64,000 nucleotides of DNA from Obrimoposthia wandeli (GCA_977020255.1 CDROCS010004528.1:1-64000); one strand, 5' to 3'. Positions 1 to 13,220 are shown, numbered from the stretch's first letter. Notes: generated by a model from the letters alone, not told the origin. Translations and numbers: made by a program.

Positions 1-264
1 CTACAAATTACTATCCAGATAAATTGCTTCAGCCATTCTAGAGCGATAACGATCAACTGTATTAGAAGATCTCACTTCAACAATTAAGCTTTGCTCACAC
101 AACTCTTCAAAAATATCTTCCCAATCAGATGATGATTGCAATTTTATGAGTTCTATAATTTCACTTTTATTAAAATAGAAGCTTGTATCACCCCACGTTA
201 ATAACTTAACTTCTTTCTCTTCAATAAGGTCAAGACACGACAAAAGGAGACTTTGTTCGATCAT
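1..264 (-). CDS. dpdJ: DpdJ-like helicase, N-terminal 87 aa only (runs off the window)
   Basis: N-terminus LDLIEEKEVKLLTWG...YRSRMAEA resembles DpdJ, and the gene lies directly after dpdI in the dpdEFGHIJ order. Confidence 0.65.
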   Translation of the reverse strand: MIEQSLLLSCLDLIEEKEVKLLTWGDTSFYFNKSEIIELIKLQSSSDWEDIFEELCEQSLIVEVRSSNTVDRYRSRMAEAIYLDSNL

Positions 265-291
265 AATTTCCTGTAAACCTCTAATTCTTTT

Positions 292-1086
292 CTAACGAGA
301 AATTTTTAATTTCGAAAGTAGACCTTGTTTGGTTAACCATTCAAAAACAGTAGGAGTCAAAAGCTCTAATGTTGGAGTAGACCAGGGGGCATCTAGTTCT
401 TTTAAAAATTTGGCAACACCTTCAGGTAGGTCTGAGGTATCCATTTCCCCTCGTAATGTAACCAACTGTTTTTTTAAAGAATTTAGAGAGGAAACTAAAT
501 CAGAGTTAACATCTTTTGAGACTTTCTTGGCATCAAAACTGGCTATCAGGCTGTTATATTTTTGATAAGTCGCTTTTTTACCAAGACTGCTTTGCTGCTC
601 TAAAACGACTTCTTCTACAACAAAGTCATTCTCTAAATGATTTAACCACTGGTCCCAATACTTATCATTTAAATCGTTAATTGCTTTTGTAAGATTTCTC
701 AATGCAACAATTGAATTATTTAACGAATCATCCTGTTGTGCTTTATATTGTAATTCTCTCCATTTTTCAATAAAAATAGAAGTAGACTCTTTAGCACTTT
801 CTAATAAAATTTTAACATCATCACCTAGAGTTAATCCTGATGACTCACCAATTAAAAACCCGTCACTTTTATCTTTTCCTATGCGCGGAATTAACTGCGC
901 ATCTAGTTCACTAATAAGAGGCATAACATTGAATTTCTTCTTATTCCTGGAAAGCTCTGCTAAAGATTTATTTAAACGATTTAATATATCAGAGCTTGCC
1001 TTTATGATCGTTTCATTTTCATGAACATTAGAAGATGATTTTATTTGGCTTTGAAATTGCTTAACCTGAGTTTTTAATGTGCTCAT
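292..1086 (-). CDS. dpdI: DpdI-like protein, 264 aa, intact
   Basis: Size and position between dpdH and dpdJ; ATGA start/stop overlap with dpdH at 1083-1086. Assigned mainly by synteny. Confidence 0.6.
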   Translation of the reverse strand: MSTLKTQVKQFQSQIKSSSNVHENETIIKASSDILNRLNKSLAELSRNKKKFNVMPLISELDAQLIPRIGKDKSDGFLIGESSGLTLGDDVKILLESAKESTSIFIEKWRELQYKAQQDDSLNNSIVALRNLTKAINDLNDKYWDQWLNHLENDFVVEEVVLEQQSSLGKKATYQKYNSLIASFDAKKVSKDVNSDLVSSLNSLKKQLVTLRGEMDTSDLPEGVAKFLKELDAPWSTPTLELLTPTVFEWLTKQGLLSKLKISR

Positions 1087-4000
1087 AAAACCACCTCGGT
1101 TACGTGCTCACTGAACTCATCTAGGGCCACTTCGATAGAAATTAAAGAACCATCTATTTCATTATTAATTTTATCTACTTGTTGCATGCTGGCTGTATCA
1201 TTAACCTTCATTATTTTTGGAAGTACACTAATATTAAATTGTTGCCAATTTTTTAATACTTTACACACGCCTTTGATAACTTCTCCATCCAATAATGAAA
1301 GGATTTCTAGTTGAGCTAACTCATCCTTTGCTGTTAATAGTTTGATACTATTTTTAATATCTCTCCATTTGCAATTATCTACAACTACTTTGATATCTTT
1401 ACTTAAAGTAGGCCTTGCAACAAAGTCTTTAGGATAGAGTCCCATGTCAAAAATAGATTTATAAATATACTTAACACCCTCTAACATATTGATAAGATCT
1501 TCTTTATTGTCACAATCACTAAGGTGACTATTCATCAACTCAATGTCAGGTTTTAATTCTTGAACAGCTTCGTTTTTTAGGCGTTTTTCATCCTTTGACA
1601 ACACTTCTTGAGTCAACTTCTTAGATTTGTTAATTGCTATTTTGAAGTTGTCATTATCAATACCTGCGGGGCATCCATCCATCTGTTTTTTAAAGGATAT
1701 AATTTTCATCCATATTTTCTGGTTAAAATCCCATTGGCTTAATAACTCTTCTCTAAATTGTTTGTATTTATCATTTATTGATGGAGGCAGTCGATTAACA
1801 ATCTGGGAGGACTTTTTAATTAAAGTTTTTTGAAGGTTTCCATCAATCTTTAAACCTAAACCTTTCATTAATAGTATTTGCTTGGCAACTGATTCAACTA
1901 AGTATTCTTTTTGAATTTTCTTAACTGCTCCTTTTATTACTTTTGGAACCCAAATTTCCGAAAATTTTGTATAAAAAATAAAATCCTCATATCCATCCTT
2001 GTAATTCCAATTTTTAGTACCTTCATTTTTATTGTTATTAAAATATCTTAAGATGGCTACCGCTGAGCGCTGAAAGAAAATTTTTGTTTTATCATCTATC
2101 AAATCTTCTTCTTTGCAAAAGTACTCCTGACAACCTGATGGGTTATGCAAAGAATGTGGCAACTCAATCAAATACCTTTGCCCTTGCCTTAAGTGATACC
2201 TCAAAAAGCACAAATTACCTTTTATTTCAAAACCTTCGAATTAGGGAACCAAACTAATCTCTGATGGTCTATAATTCAAGACCATATCGAATAACTGTTT
2301 TCTTAAATTATTTCCTGAACTTTGAGATATTGGCTCGACTCCATTAAACCAATTGGTGATTTCTTTAATCACTTGATCTTCTTTATGACTAGGTAGCTTA
2401 GAATTTATAGGTGACTCAAAAGAGGGGGAGTCTGGTTGCTCATTTACATTAACTTCTATATCAGATGAAAGTTGTTGTGCAAAATCATTTAACGAAAAAG
2501 CTAAAGCCAACTGACTATTTAGTGTCTGCTGAACTGCTTTTAAATCAATGCCATCTGACCAAACAGTTGATAAAACTCTTGCTTGTTGAGGTGACTCTAA
2601 TCTAACTGTATTAATATCCGAATCTAAAGAAATTCTATTTTCTTTTATACTTAAATTTACTGGAAACTTACCAAGTGCGAAATCATCCCTATGGTCCCTA
2701 AGTAAATTTAATAATATTTCGTTGATCACATCTCTTGGATTAAATACAACTTCTTTATCGTCATTAGAACAGTACCACTTCGCCAACTTTTTGATTGCTG
2801 ATTGATTGTAAGGAAACAACGGAATCCCTAAGGATGACTCGCCAAAAGCATTTAATTTTTCAGAGTCCTGTTCAGATAGTTCGCCTTTCCATACAGGTAA
2901 ACTTTCATTTTTTTGATCTAATTTAATCTCAACACTTAGTTGAGACTTCCCAAACCTAGATGCATTCAAGTATCGGCTACAAAAATCAACAATTCTTTTT
3001 TCAATATTTTTTGAATTGTCATTACTTTCTTCAATTTTCCACTCTATTCTAGCCCTGGATAAGATGGTGTCCTTTCTTCTTTTCGTAGCCTGCATAGCCT
3101 CTTGTTACCGCGATAACAGATCTCAACACGCAAAGCTCTTCTTGGCGTTCTTCCAAAAGGCAATCAATTAAGACTTTCTCAATGGCAGAGATAGCAGCCA
3201 TATCTTCAACTAAAATAACGAGTGTTCTACCTAACTGCTTAAGGTGTTTTCGAATTTCTTTAAATAAATCTTGAAAATTTCCACTATTAAATTGAAAAAG
3301 CCTTTGAAAAGCAGTTTGAGTCGCTGCTCCAATAGACCTTTGGCTAATCATATTAACGGCTTTTTGTCTTTGTATATGATTTCCTAACCCTAAAGCATTG
3401 ATCGCATTCCTAGCAGGAAGGGACAAGTCATCTAGTTCGATTTTTTCAAGCATCGATTCAAAATCATCTAGACTAAGTTCGTAAACGGTATCATATAATT
3501 TTTTATCACTAACTCCCCTTATCCACCTAGTAGCAATATTGTAAATACAGCCTTTTTCATTCAATAATTCCAATTGAAACTGAACATCATTAAGTAAATT
3601 GGGCAGATTCTTCGCGAAACTAACTCTCTCGCATAATGCTATATATGTATCCTTATCCGGTCTTTGAGAATAGCTCTTTAACTCACTCTCTAATGATAGC
3701 TATGTCCAACCCTTAAGGACATAAACGTTACAAAAAAGATCGGCATATTTTCTTTTCAATGAGTCGCCTACTTCATCTACCTTTAGCCTGGCTTGCTCAA
3801 AAACATCACCATTTAAATCTTCTAATATGAGGTGTAAAGTCTGTCTTAAGCTAGAGTTTTTGGGTAAGCGGACAATTTTCCATTTATCTTTAATGACGAC
3901 ATTTTGTATTTTTAACTTGGCATGTAACCACCTAATCAAATGTGACTTACCTACACCTGCCTCACCAACAATCGGTATTGGTCTTTCAACTTCCATTAAG

Positions 4001-4171
4001 TGATTTAATATCTCAGTTTCAGATGCTTTACTCGGCTCATCATTTTGAGGAGATTTGCTATGCATAGGATCATGAACTGCAAGCAAAGCATGATCCGACA
4101 ACTCTTCTGCTTCAGTTTTAATACCACAATCTAAGATTATTTCGGTTGGGGCTGCAACTTGATGAACTCAT
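1083..4171 (-). pseudogene. dpdH: DpdH-like P-loop ATPase (~1030 aa), frameshifted into at least 5 pieces
   Basis: Reconstructed N-terminus ...IKTEAEELSDHALLAVHDPM, Walker A GEAGVGKSHLIRWL, Walker B-like LVILVEDM. ATG at 4171 overlaps the dpdG stop (ATGA). ORF pieces are 3700-4101, 3049-3573, 2241-3095 and 1083-2213. Confidence 0.75.
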
Positions 4172-5131
4172 TTTTTACCTCCAACCAATTCTATATGACT
4201 GATTTCTTCTGTTTTATTATTAGCTAATTGAATTGTGACTGAATCTAAAGAATCCGACCGCTTATCAAGAAATATTTCTCCTCTAATTTTAGACGGTATA
4301 GAGCATGGCTAAGACTTTTAGATACAAGGTAATCTGGAGAAGGTTCCCAATCATTTTTTTTAGTTTGCATCAATTCTTCAACTTTTACCCTATATTCTCC
4401 TCCATCAAATATAGGGATTTTTTTATTCAAATTAACAATAAAATTTTAATACTATTACCTCTGAAGGATCCTCCAAATTACCTTTCTTTTCAAAAACAAA
4501 TCACTAAACATGACTTAATTAATCTTGTCGGATCTACAAGGTATCGATCGTTACTGATTTTTTCTATGTAGCCAAGTAACAGGCCAAATTCTAGAAAATT
4601 AGAGGCGTCAGAGGAGTTTATTGACAATCTTGTTTGATCATCAGTTTGATGGGGCATATATCTATCATTCGACAATGCAAGTTCAGTAGAAGATAAGTAT
4701 TCTCCTCCAAATGAGTGTTTATCTAAAGCTAAAAACGTGCACATCGCTCTGATAAGTGGTTCAATATCATTTCCTGTTAAAATATCATATTTTCGGTTAA
4801 ATATTGTGCGCACTATTCGTTCGGCAAGGTTTGAATCATTAGATAATACTGATATTGCTTTTATCCCATCAACAGACTCCTCCCATAACCCAACCTTAGA
4901 CCAAAACTTTATAGTTCCAGGCAATTTGCTTTGAGGGTTAACATGAAATTCCAATACACCTTCATCATTGTCTGTATCTTTTTCAAATAAATTATCAGGT
5001 GCATTTTCTTCTAAAATTGACTCTACAGAATAGAAACTATCATCTTTTTTAATTCTTCTGTTCAACAATTTATCAACAAATATTAATGATGGGATATGTC
5101 CCTGGTGACTTGCACTATTTATTACAGACAC
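4168..5131 (-). pseudogene. dpdG: DpdG-like protein (~320 aa), frameshifted
   Basis: GTG start at 5131 (MSVINSAS); pieces 4490-5131 and 4245-4430 plus a final frame ...LDKRSDSLDSVTIQ...SHIELVGGKK ending at TGA 4168. Synteny between dpdF and dpdH. Confidence 0.65.
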
Positions 5132-7645
5132 GTATTTTTCTCCACGATTTTATTGAAATTAACTAGTGGAATCGATTTGTTATTTTCTTGCCACCACAGA
5201 CGGTAATCATTTAATTTATTTTTTTTATTGCGCTCAGCTATAAAAAAAGTTACTTGCTCTTCTAACGATGGAATGACCACTCTTGAATCACCAAGAGAAG
5301 CTATATTTAGAGACGGCCAATTATTTAACTTTTCAGATAAATCTTGAGAGATCCAAAATGAACTAAATCCTCTAGGGAGTTTTTTTTGAATTTTTCTTAA
5401 AAAATTTAAATCACCTTTAACTGAATATATATATTTATTTTCCAACATTTTTTTTACTAGTTTGGCCCACTGTAATTCATAAACAAGTTCTTTAGTTCCA
5501 TCGTAATAAACACTACAAACGTTATCAAAAGAAATATATTCACTTAATGATGATGGTAATAAATGACCTGAACTATAATTATCAACAGAAACACCATCAC
5601 CTAATGAAGGTAAAAACTGTCACATATCATACAACCTCCGCATGCTCTTTGAGGGCTATACCCATTTACTATGTAGTACTTCACTAACTCTTTGCAAATA
5701 GGTTTTTCAAGAGACGTTATATTTTCAGATAAAGTTAAAAAACCATGCTCCTGAGTCTTAATTTCATTTTTTCGATGTTCCTGAATATTAGTTTCCCAAT
5801 ACAAATTAGATAGTGATTGTTCATTAATAATTTGAACGAGAACTTTGTTGTTATATCCTTCCAATATTCTTTTCGTGTTTAGTATTTTTTTCAAAATCAA
5901 TAAATCCATTCTCATCTTCAATTTTTGGCACATCATAAAAAATTCTAATTGAACCAGCCCGTTGCATGAGCAGAAGTGTTAGCCAATTCCAATTTTTATT
6001 TCGATCACTTTTCTTATGAAGACCATCATGATAGAACGAAGTATCCAGTTGGTATAGATCACCTCGTAGTGTTGGATGGGAAGATATATTAACCTTTCTA
6101 TCCCACATTCCTTTCCATTTTTTATAGCCTAACTCTGTAGAAATTAAAATTTCATTGTTTATCTTTCTTGCACTATTTAATTGACTGTTATGATAAACCA
6201 CTTCTGAGGTAGCAGCCTTTCCGTCTCTTCCTGCTCGGCCAATCTCTTGATAATAGCGATCGATATTATCTGGAATACAAGCGTGAATAACACTTTTCAC
6301 ATTCGGCTTATCCATCCCTACGCCAAAGGCCGAGGTGGCAATAATTATATCTAAATCATCTTTTTGCCAATTCTCAATTATCTTCTTTCTAGAACGTATA
6401 TCAGTTTTACCGTTAAACAGGGCAATCCGATTTATTCCTATAGCTTTCAGACTACAACTTAAGTCAACAGAATCCTGAACTAATGTTGTATATAATATCA
6501 GTGGTTTGGGTAAAGCTATCACTCGTTCTACAACTGATTGAAGATAACTATTCTCATCTTCATTTTTATACGATGAACTAACCTCTGGTCGTAAAAAATT
6601 TCCATTAACAACAATTGGGTCACTATTGGGCTCACAGTACAAAGTAGTCAACGAATTTATATTACTTTGAGTGAAAGTTGCCGACATAGTTGTTTTTAAA
6701 AGGTGAGTTGCTTACTTGCCTTAAAGACGCAACCAAAGCGCCAAAACGTTGAAATTCTGAGCGAAAATTACTCCCCCATGTGTCAATTAAATGTGCTTCA
6801 TCGATTATGATATTCGCAATAGAGTTTCGCTTAGCTAATCTAAATAATAAAGGTAGTAGACTTCCAGTAACTGATTCAGGAGAAGTAAAAATTATTTTTT
6901 GCTTACCATTGTCAATATTATCCCTAATTTCAGACTTTTCACCATCAGACAACTGTCCATGCCAAGCATAGTTTAGAACAGAATCACTATCCGCTTTTTC
7001 AAGTAATTCTTTTGCTCTGTTACCTTGCTCTATAGCCAAACCGACAGTAGGAACAATAACTATTGTAAGCGCTTTACTTTTACTAAATAACATACAGGCA
7101 TGAGCAACTAATGTTTTACCACAGCCAGTAGGTAGGTTAATAAAAAGGGTAGAATCTTGAGGACATGTTAAAGCTACTCTCACTGCCATTCTTTGGCCAA
7201 CACTGGAATAGTGGCTATAGCTTGGGTCTGATAACCTTGAAATTAAGGCTAAATCCATTTCAACCTTTTTCACTTTACGTTTTTGTTTCTGTTCGTACAC
7301 GTCAATTAGTTTTTGACTTACTACTGGAAATAAAAGGGTAAGGAGGTTTGAGCCAACTTGATAATTTAACATTGCTTTAGAACAGAGTATTTCCTCTTCA
7401 CTAGATAAACGTCTAGGTATTGGAAAGTTATTGTGCTGTATATCCAGGTCTTTTTGAGATGAGTATAAATAATCTTTAATTGATAAAAGCAAGTCTAATA
7501 AACTGGTTTTATCACCATAAACTACTTTTTTTAATCTCTGTGCAAAATGGTTATCTGGATAGTGGCTAATAATATTATCAACCGTCTGATGTAATTCAAC
7601 TATCTCAGCTCCTGAAAACAATGAGGAAATAATTAAATTATTCAT
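5122..7645 (-). pseudogene. dpdF: DpdF-like RecQ-family helicase (~840 aa), frameshifted
   Basis: LPTGCGKT (motif I), IIDEAHLIDTWGSNFRSEF (RecQ motif II), ATSAFGVGMDKPNV, YYQEIGRAGRDG (motif VI), C-terminal CGGCMIC Zn motif. Pieces are 6662-7645, 5851-6687, 5601-5936 and 5122-5448. Confidence 0.8.
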
Positions 7646-10600
7646 TACGATTTGCCTACCAATGTAACAGACCTCATAGTAGATAAATTGATTCCAAACT
7701 CCTCAAGTGAAGATAAACCATATTGCTCACTAAGTTTATCTCTAGCTTTTTCTTTACTATTTGATGCTACGCTCAACACTAAATCTCGCCATTCATCTTT
7801 ACTTAAAAAATGAACAATCCGTATCCCACATTATCTTTTTTCTGCACCAGGGTTTATATTATAGTCCTGATATAAATTCTTATTAGCTGTTAAGGATTTA
7901 CCATATGGCAAAGCCAAAATATTCAAAAAAACTTTATCTTGAATTTCATTACCTAACTCATCTACCCAAACTTCTAACATCATAGGCTGAAGTTTTCTAT
8001 CATTATTCCGTTGACTAACTCTTGTGGGAAAATCATTTTCTAGTGTGCAAATCCAACTTAACTTAAATAAAGTTTTAGGCTCATCAAAAGTAATATTTAA
8101 CTTTGTCATTAATGCGGAAGTAAGAGGTCTACTTAACTCCCTTATAATGGCATTAGATATGCCTAACGTGCTTTGTTGTGAAAATGAATAAACAGTATCA
8201 ACAAAAGGTTGCCCATATCTAAATGGATATGAACCAGTTTTCGCACTTTGGTCTCTAGAAGCACTCATAGGTTTAGTAGAAGGGTTCCTTAGGCCACTAT
8301 CAAAGTCCATTCCTAAGATGCAATGACTTATGAAGTCATCTACATTTAATCGAGTTCGCCCTAATTTGTATTGAAAAACAAAGTTGCCATCCTCTGTCTT
8401 CCTAGAGTTAAATCTAAGACTATCGTTAATCCACCCTTGCATCTCTTTACTTACATCATCTGCATTTTCATCAACAATCCTTAACCTTTCTGAAAATGTT
8501 TTTATTTCAGAAAGATCAACTTGCATTCCATTCCATACTTCCTGATCTGCAACTTTCTTTCTTTCTTTTGTAACTAAACCGGATTCTCCTGCTATATCTT
8601 CTGATAGTTTGTTTAATTGTGTATACCCCTGACGAATAATACTTTCACAATAAGATTCTATCTTCTCATCCAATACCAATTGAATACTTGAGCAGTTTTG
8701 GTTAAAAACACCTATATCTGTTTTTAGTAACTGAGCCCAAAAACTATAAAACCCCTCACGACAAGGAGTAAGCACTAAGTTCTCAACAGGCAGAACCCCT
8801 GTGCTACTTGCACTGTATCTATTTAAACGACCGATTCTTTGTTCAATTCTCATCACCGTTCTAGGTGTAAACTATAATGAACAGCTAGACGACATTTCCC
8901 TTTGTAGGTTTAGACCATCCTCTCCGATTGATCACATATGAACATTAAATTTTGAGGTAATAGTGAAAGCTAAACCTTTTCCATCTGGTGTGCCTTTCAA
9001 CTGAAGGCAAGTGGTGTTCTAAAAACTTATAGACATTATCAGCTACAGCTTTATCCCCACAAAAAACGACAATTTTACCGTCCTTGTTTTTCCTTTCAGC
9101 CATGCTGTAATCTCTTCCAGTAACAATTCATCTTTATTTGATTGCTCAACATGACCCATTTCAATCATAGTGGTCAGAATCAGCTTTTCTTCATCTGTAA
9201 TGTTATTATCAGATGCCAAGACAGTCTGTGCTTTAACTACAAGTGAAGAGGGGGATATAAGTAAAGCATCTAACCATTGGAAATAATTTTCATATGTAAC
9301 CCCTAAAAAGTCATGTTCCCATGCATTAAGCTATTGGTGGTAATCGTCTAATTGCTCATCTAATGAAACAAACTATTACCTATCTTCTTCCAAGTTGCTA
9401 TCCTACAATCAATTACTCTTAATCCTGGAAATATTTGCTCGATATAGCTATTTTTACTTCCTCTTCTGTTTCTGATAAAGCGCTGGAATAGTCTATACTT
9501 ATCCCCAAAGTAATCTTGTAATGCCTTTATCGCTAACTTACGCTGGTTTTCATCTTTTTCTTCGGAGAAGTAATCAATGTGAGGTTTGAGGATAGTGATT
9601 AGCAAATCTAATTCATCATCATTGAAATCAAAACTTTCTATTTGCTCTACTGTCCCCTCCAGCGTGAAATCATCACTTTCTGGCATTAGTGCACCATATA
9701 TTCCTGAGTATTTTTCTCTTTCTTCAATCTTGTTATTAAATGATGCTATTCCATCATCATTTAATTTATAAGAATCAGGATTCAAGCAATGCAGCATAGC
9801 CAAGAAGTTTTGGTATTCCCTGTTATGGGCGTACCTGAAAGAACAATGATTGTCGATATTGAGTGATGACAAGCAGATGCTATTTGTTCAAATATAATTT
9901 TATCTTCTTTTCCCCAAGCAAATTCTCCCAACTGATGACCTTCATCTATAACAACCATTGTAGGTTTTTTAGTAATGAATTTTGTTGTCAAAACATCTTG
10001 GAAACTTCCTATAAAGACTTTTTGATCTTCTTCATCAAGATCCCCATCCATTACATCTTCCAAATGAAATTTTTGACTCATTTCATCCAGCCATTGCTGA
10101 ACAAGAGAAGGAGGGGTTAAAATGAGAACACAAGCCTTGTCTGTATATTCTAATATATGTTCACGAACTAGAAATCCAGCTTCAATAGTTTTACCTAACC
10201 CGACTTCATCACCAAGAAGGTACTTTTGTACATTATCATTCAATACTTGCAGAACTACGGATAGTTGATGTATTTCTAAATTAACGGCACTACTGGGGAT
10301 GGAGGATATTGAAGCACAAGATGCTCGCTGATTTATGTAAGATTTAAAAAATGCCCCTCGATCATTGATGTATGAAGGAGCAGTAGTTGCTCTTCCGGCG
10401 AGATAACTTGCAGGGCAAAATTGATATTCATTATTCAAGTTGGGGACAAATATTTCATTCATTGTTACAACATCAGAATCCTCATAATTGTACTTAATAA
10501 GATGTTCATCATTTGGCCTCTGCCCATCATAAAACCCCGCTCTCCAATTTTGAGACCTCCCTACCCTGCAATAAACTAAAGTTTGTTCATATAATTTTTC

Positions 10601-10771
10601 TTTTCCTATTAGCTCGGTGCCAGAAACTTCAATTTGATTGGAAAGCGGAGATAGTGGAGAAGTAAAGAATCCAATTAGAGCAGTCTTTTTTTCACTCGAA
10701 ACGGAAACAATCTTACCTATGCCCTTAAATGCAGTTTTACTTTCTACTAGAGAACCTTGAACTAACCTCAT
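7645..10771 (-). pseudogene. dpdE: DpdE-like SNF2-family helicase (~1040 aa), frameshifted with one in-frame TAG
   Basis: LGDEVGLGKTIEAG (motif I), VVIDEGHQ (II), LSGTP (III), EQRIGRLNR (VI). The last frame ends ...TMRSVTLVGKS with a TAATG overlap onto the dpdF start at 7645. Confidence 0.8.
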
Positions 10772-11219
10772 TATCTACACCACTGAACCTGAAAGAATAA
10801 TATTATTAAGATGTCTTACGGAAAATGAGTTTTATAAATCAAGAGAATATTAAGCAATATTTAAAGTAATAATTTGCACACAGTATTCTTCCATGGCCTT
10901 TAAAAAGTCTTCCATAACAATGAACTATACATCCTCACAGACTATATTATATTTATTTTCTGAACAAGTTTACCTAGAGCATTGGAGCATGATTTCCAAT
11001 TAATTACCGCGCCATAAACATTGCGCTCAATATTTTGTTGGCTTGTAGTCACAAGCTTTTTTATCCATTCAGTTTAAATAAACTCCTGAAATAAGTGCTT
11101 TGTACGGACATTTCCTGACACATTTACCTAATCAGAAGAGAAAAAATCAAGCTTGTAAAATTGAAATATTATTATATGCTGTAAGTAGAAGTTACTAAAT
11201 CAAGGTGGAAGTGAATACT

Positions 11220-11413
11220 ATGACTAAAGCATTTTATCAGTTAACTTAGAAAAATGATCTAATTGATCACGCTAAAAAAGATCCTGCAAGATAAATCAGT
11301 CACCTAGCGAGCAAATTGAACTGTGGGCTGTTATAGGCCGAACAGAATATAGAAAATCTATTACGCAAGAAGATTTTCAACAATACGAATATACGCAGGA
11401 ACAGCTAAACTAA
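11220..11413 (+). pseudogene. Decayed ParD-like antitoxin (RHH-type) remnant
   Basis: ATG at 11220 after an AAGGTGG RBS-like sequence. Reconstructed ...DLIDHAKK...SPSEQIELWAVIGR resembles the RSxxxQIEHWAKIGR motif of ParD-like antitoxins. Two in-frame stops and a frameshift; no toxin gene adjacent. Confidence 0.5.
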
Positions 11414-11754
11414 AAACTGAGTCTATTTCAAATCAAGATACACCACTACATCTACCATAAGCTTTCTACAGAATACTGTGTCAATATAAGTACGCTCTAA
11501 AAAATTACCTGCTTCGCAGAAACAAGCCATCCCATCTGGTTTTATTCACCGCAGGTGGCAATGCCAAATATAATCTATACTCATACACTGGTATTTCGCT
11601 GAACATATAACTCATTGTACTATTCAAACATACATAATCGATATTAAAGTAATAATTAACACACAATCCTTGAATACGTCACCTATTACAAAACCCACCT
11701 GAATTGTTCGACGAAGGAGGCGATGATAAATTCAAATGATCTTAAACATGTTGA

Positions 11755-13220
11755 TTATGACCCGTCTTTGTAATTTCTAACTAGATAACCGTGATAATTA
11801 GGCTTTAAGTAAAGCTCAATTATTTTTGGGGGCTCAATGTTAGGAAAAACAGGCAGTCTTCCATGTTTCTTCGAAACCAGCTTTTTCTTGCTTTTTTCGC
11901 AAAGAACCTTTTTGATAGTTCTAAACGCTCTCTCAGACATTAAATTCGTTGCTTCTTTGGTAGTAGGCAGAACTCCTCCGTAGACACTTGTTAGCCAATC
12001 TATAGATTGCAGAGCTATTTTCTTCACACTCCAGATACTCGCATACACGTATTTTGATTCTCTAGATGGCAAAAGTTGAAACTCATTCATAAGTTTTATT
12101 ATAGATCTGGTTTTCATTGCATTATACGCCGAGCCTGCTTCTTCCTCTGATCCTAGGTAACATTCCAACTCTCCTTTGGTAGGCATAAAACCTAATTTCC
12201 CTGCTTCTATGCAAATTTTCTTAAGCATAGATTTGTTATATGTACCTCGTGGCTTTCTATAAAATTCTGTATATGGTGACTTTTCAAATTCGCATCTTGT
12301 GAGATACTTTCTTAATTTTCTTTGTATAAGTTTTTTGCCAGCTTTGTAAATGTCATTCGCATATAAAATCAACACTCTCTTACCATCATTCTTGGCAGCT
12401 GTTTCTTTCTCATGAAGATTTTTTTTATACTTTCTTTCTTTGCTATCTTGGCACACACGATCCCTATTCATATACCCGGCGACTTCAATAATAAATCTAT
12501 CAGATACAGTAAAATCAACAGTATGTCGTCCGGGCCAACTTTTAACGATATCATTTAAATACACTTGCTTTCTAACCGATTTTTGGTACTTATCTAGTCC
12601 TAATACTTCTTTCAAATGAGTATCAACTATATACTCAAGTTCACTATCATAACGCTCTCCACTTGGTGCAAGATACCCAACATCGATTTCAATCTTGAGC
12701 GAGTCGAAAAATTTAGCGGATCCCCCGAATTTACGGTTGATTGAATCATATAATCCTGCATCACCCCTCTAAGCTTACTCAATGATAGTGGAGAACTACC
12801 TATGGAAGTTGATTGATTACCAAGTTTTTTATCATTAACTTCCAACCTTGATATGTACTCCAGTAATTCTGTGCAATAAATACTAATTTGTTTAATTTTA
12901 TTCTTCATGCTTAAATTTTGATACCTTGTATCGCTTCCGGTATCTCTAACAGTGAGGTCCCCTCTTGCCCTTTCACTTCCAGAATATTGCAGGCCTAGCC
13001 TTAATGCTAATTGCCTCATACTATCAATGCCAAGCTTCCGTAAATGGTTAATATAAGTTTCCCCGCAAGGACACCCCTTAGAAGCACTCATCTTCCATAC
13101 CTCATCATGACTGGGTACTGTAATATCATCTGAAACATAGCCTAGCGCCGGACGGATTTTGTCTACTAATAAGTTACCCATATCAAGAACTGAGTGACTA
13201 GATATCATGTAACCTGTCAT
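11755..13220 (-). pseudogene. Single ~490-aa PD-(D/E)XK-like nuclease with helical repeats, split by a 1-bp frameshift
   Basis: The frame of ORF 11755-12615 extends upstream without a stop (DAGLYDSINRKFGG...GYLAPSGERYDSELEY) to a CCCC run at 12764-12767, where adding one base joins it to ORF 12627-13220. Catalytic-like motif VDFTVSDRFIIEVAGY. Confidence 0.6.

Noticed and set aside
1083-10771. Programmed frameshifting or phase variation of the dpd genes
   Set aside because: Breaks are too many, fall in runs of only 4-6 bases or outside runs, and lack slippery-site/hairpin signatures. Sequencing error or decay is simpler.
1-10771. Druantia, DISARM or BREX assignment for the helicase cluster
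   Set aside because: The order SNF2 - RecQ - small - ATPase - small - helicase and the N-terminal motifs fit Dpd; no PglZ, DrmB/C or DNA methyltransferase partner is present in the cluster.
11080-11135. KCVRKCPY ferredoxin-like peptide on the minus strand
   Set aside because: Flanked by stops, with only two Cys and no start; probably chance.
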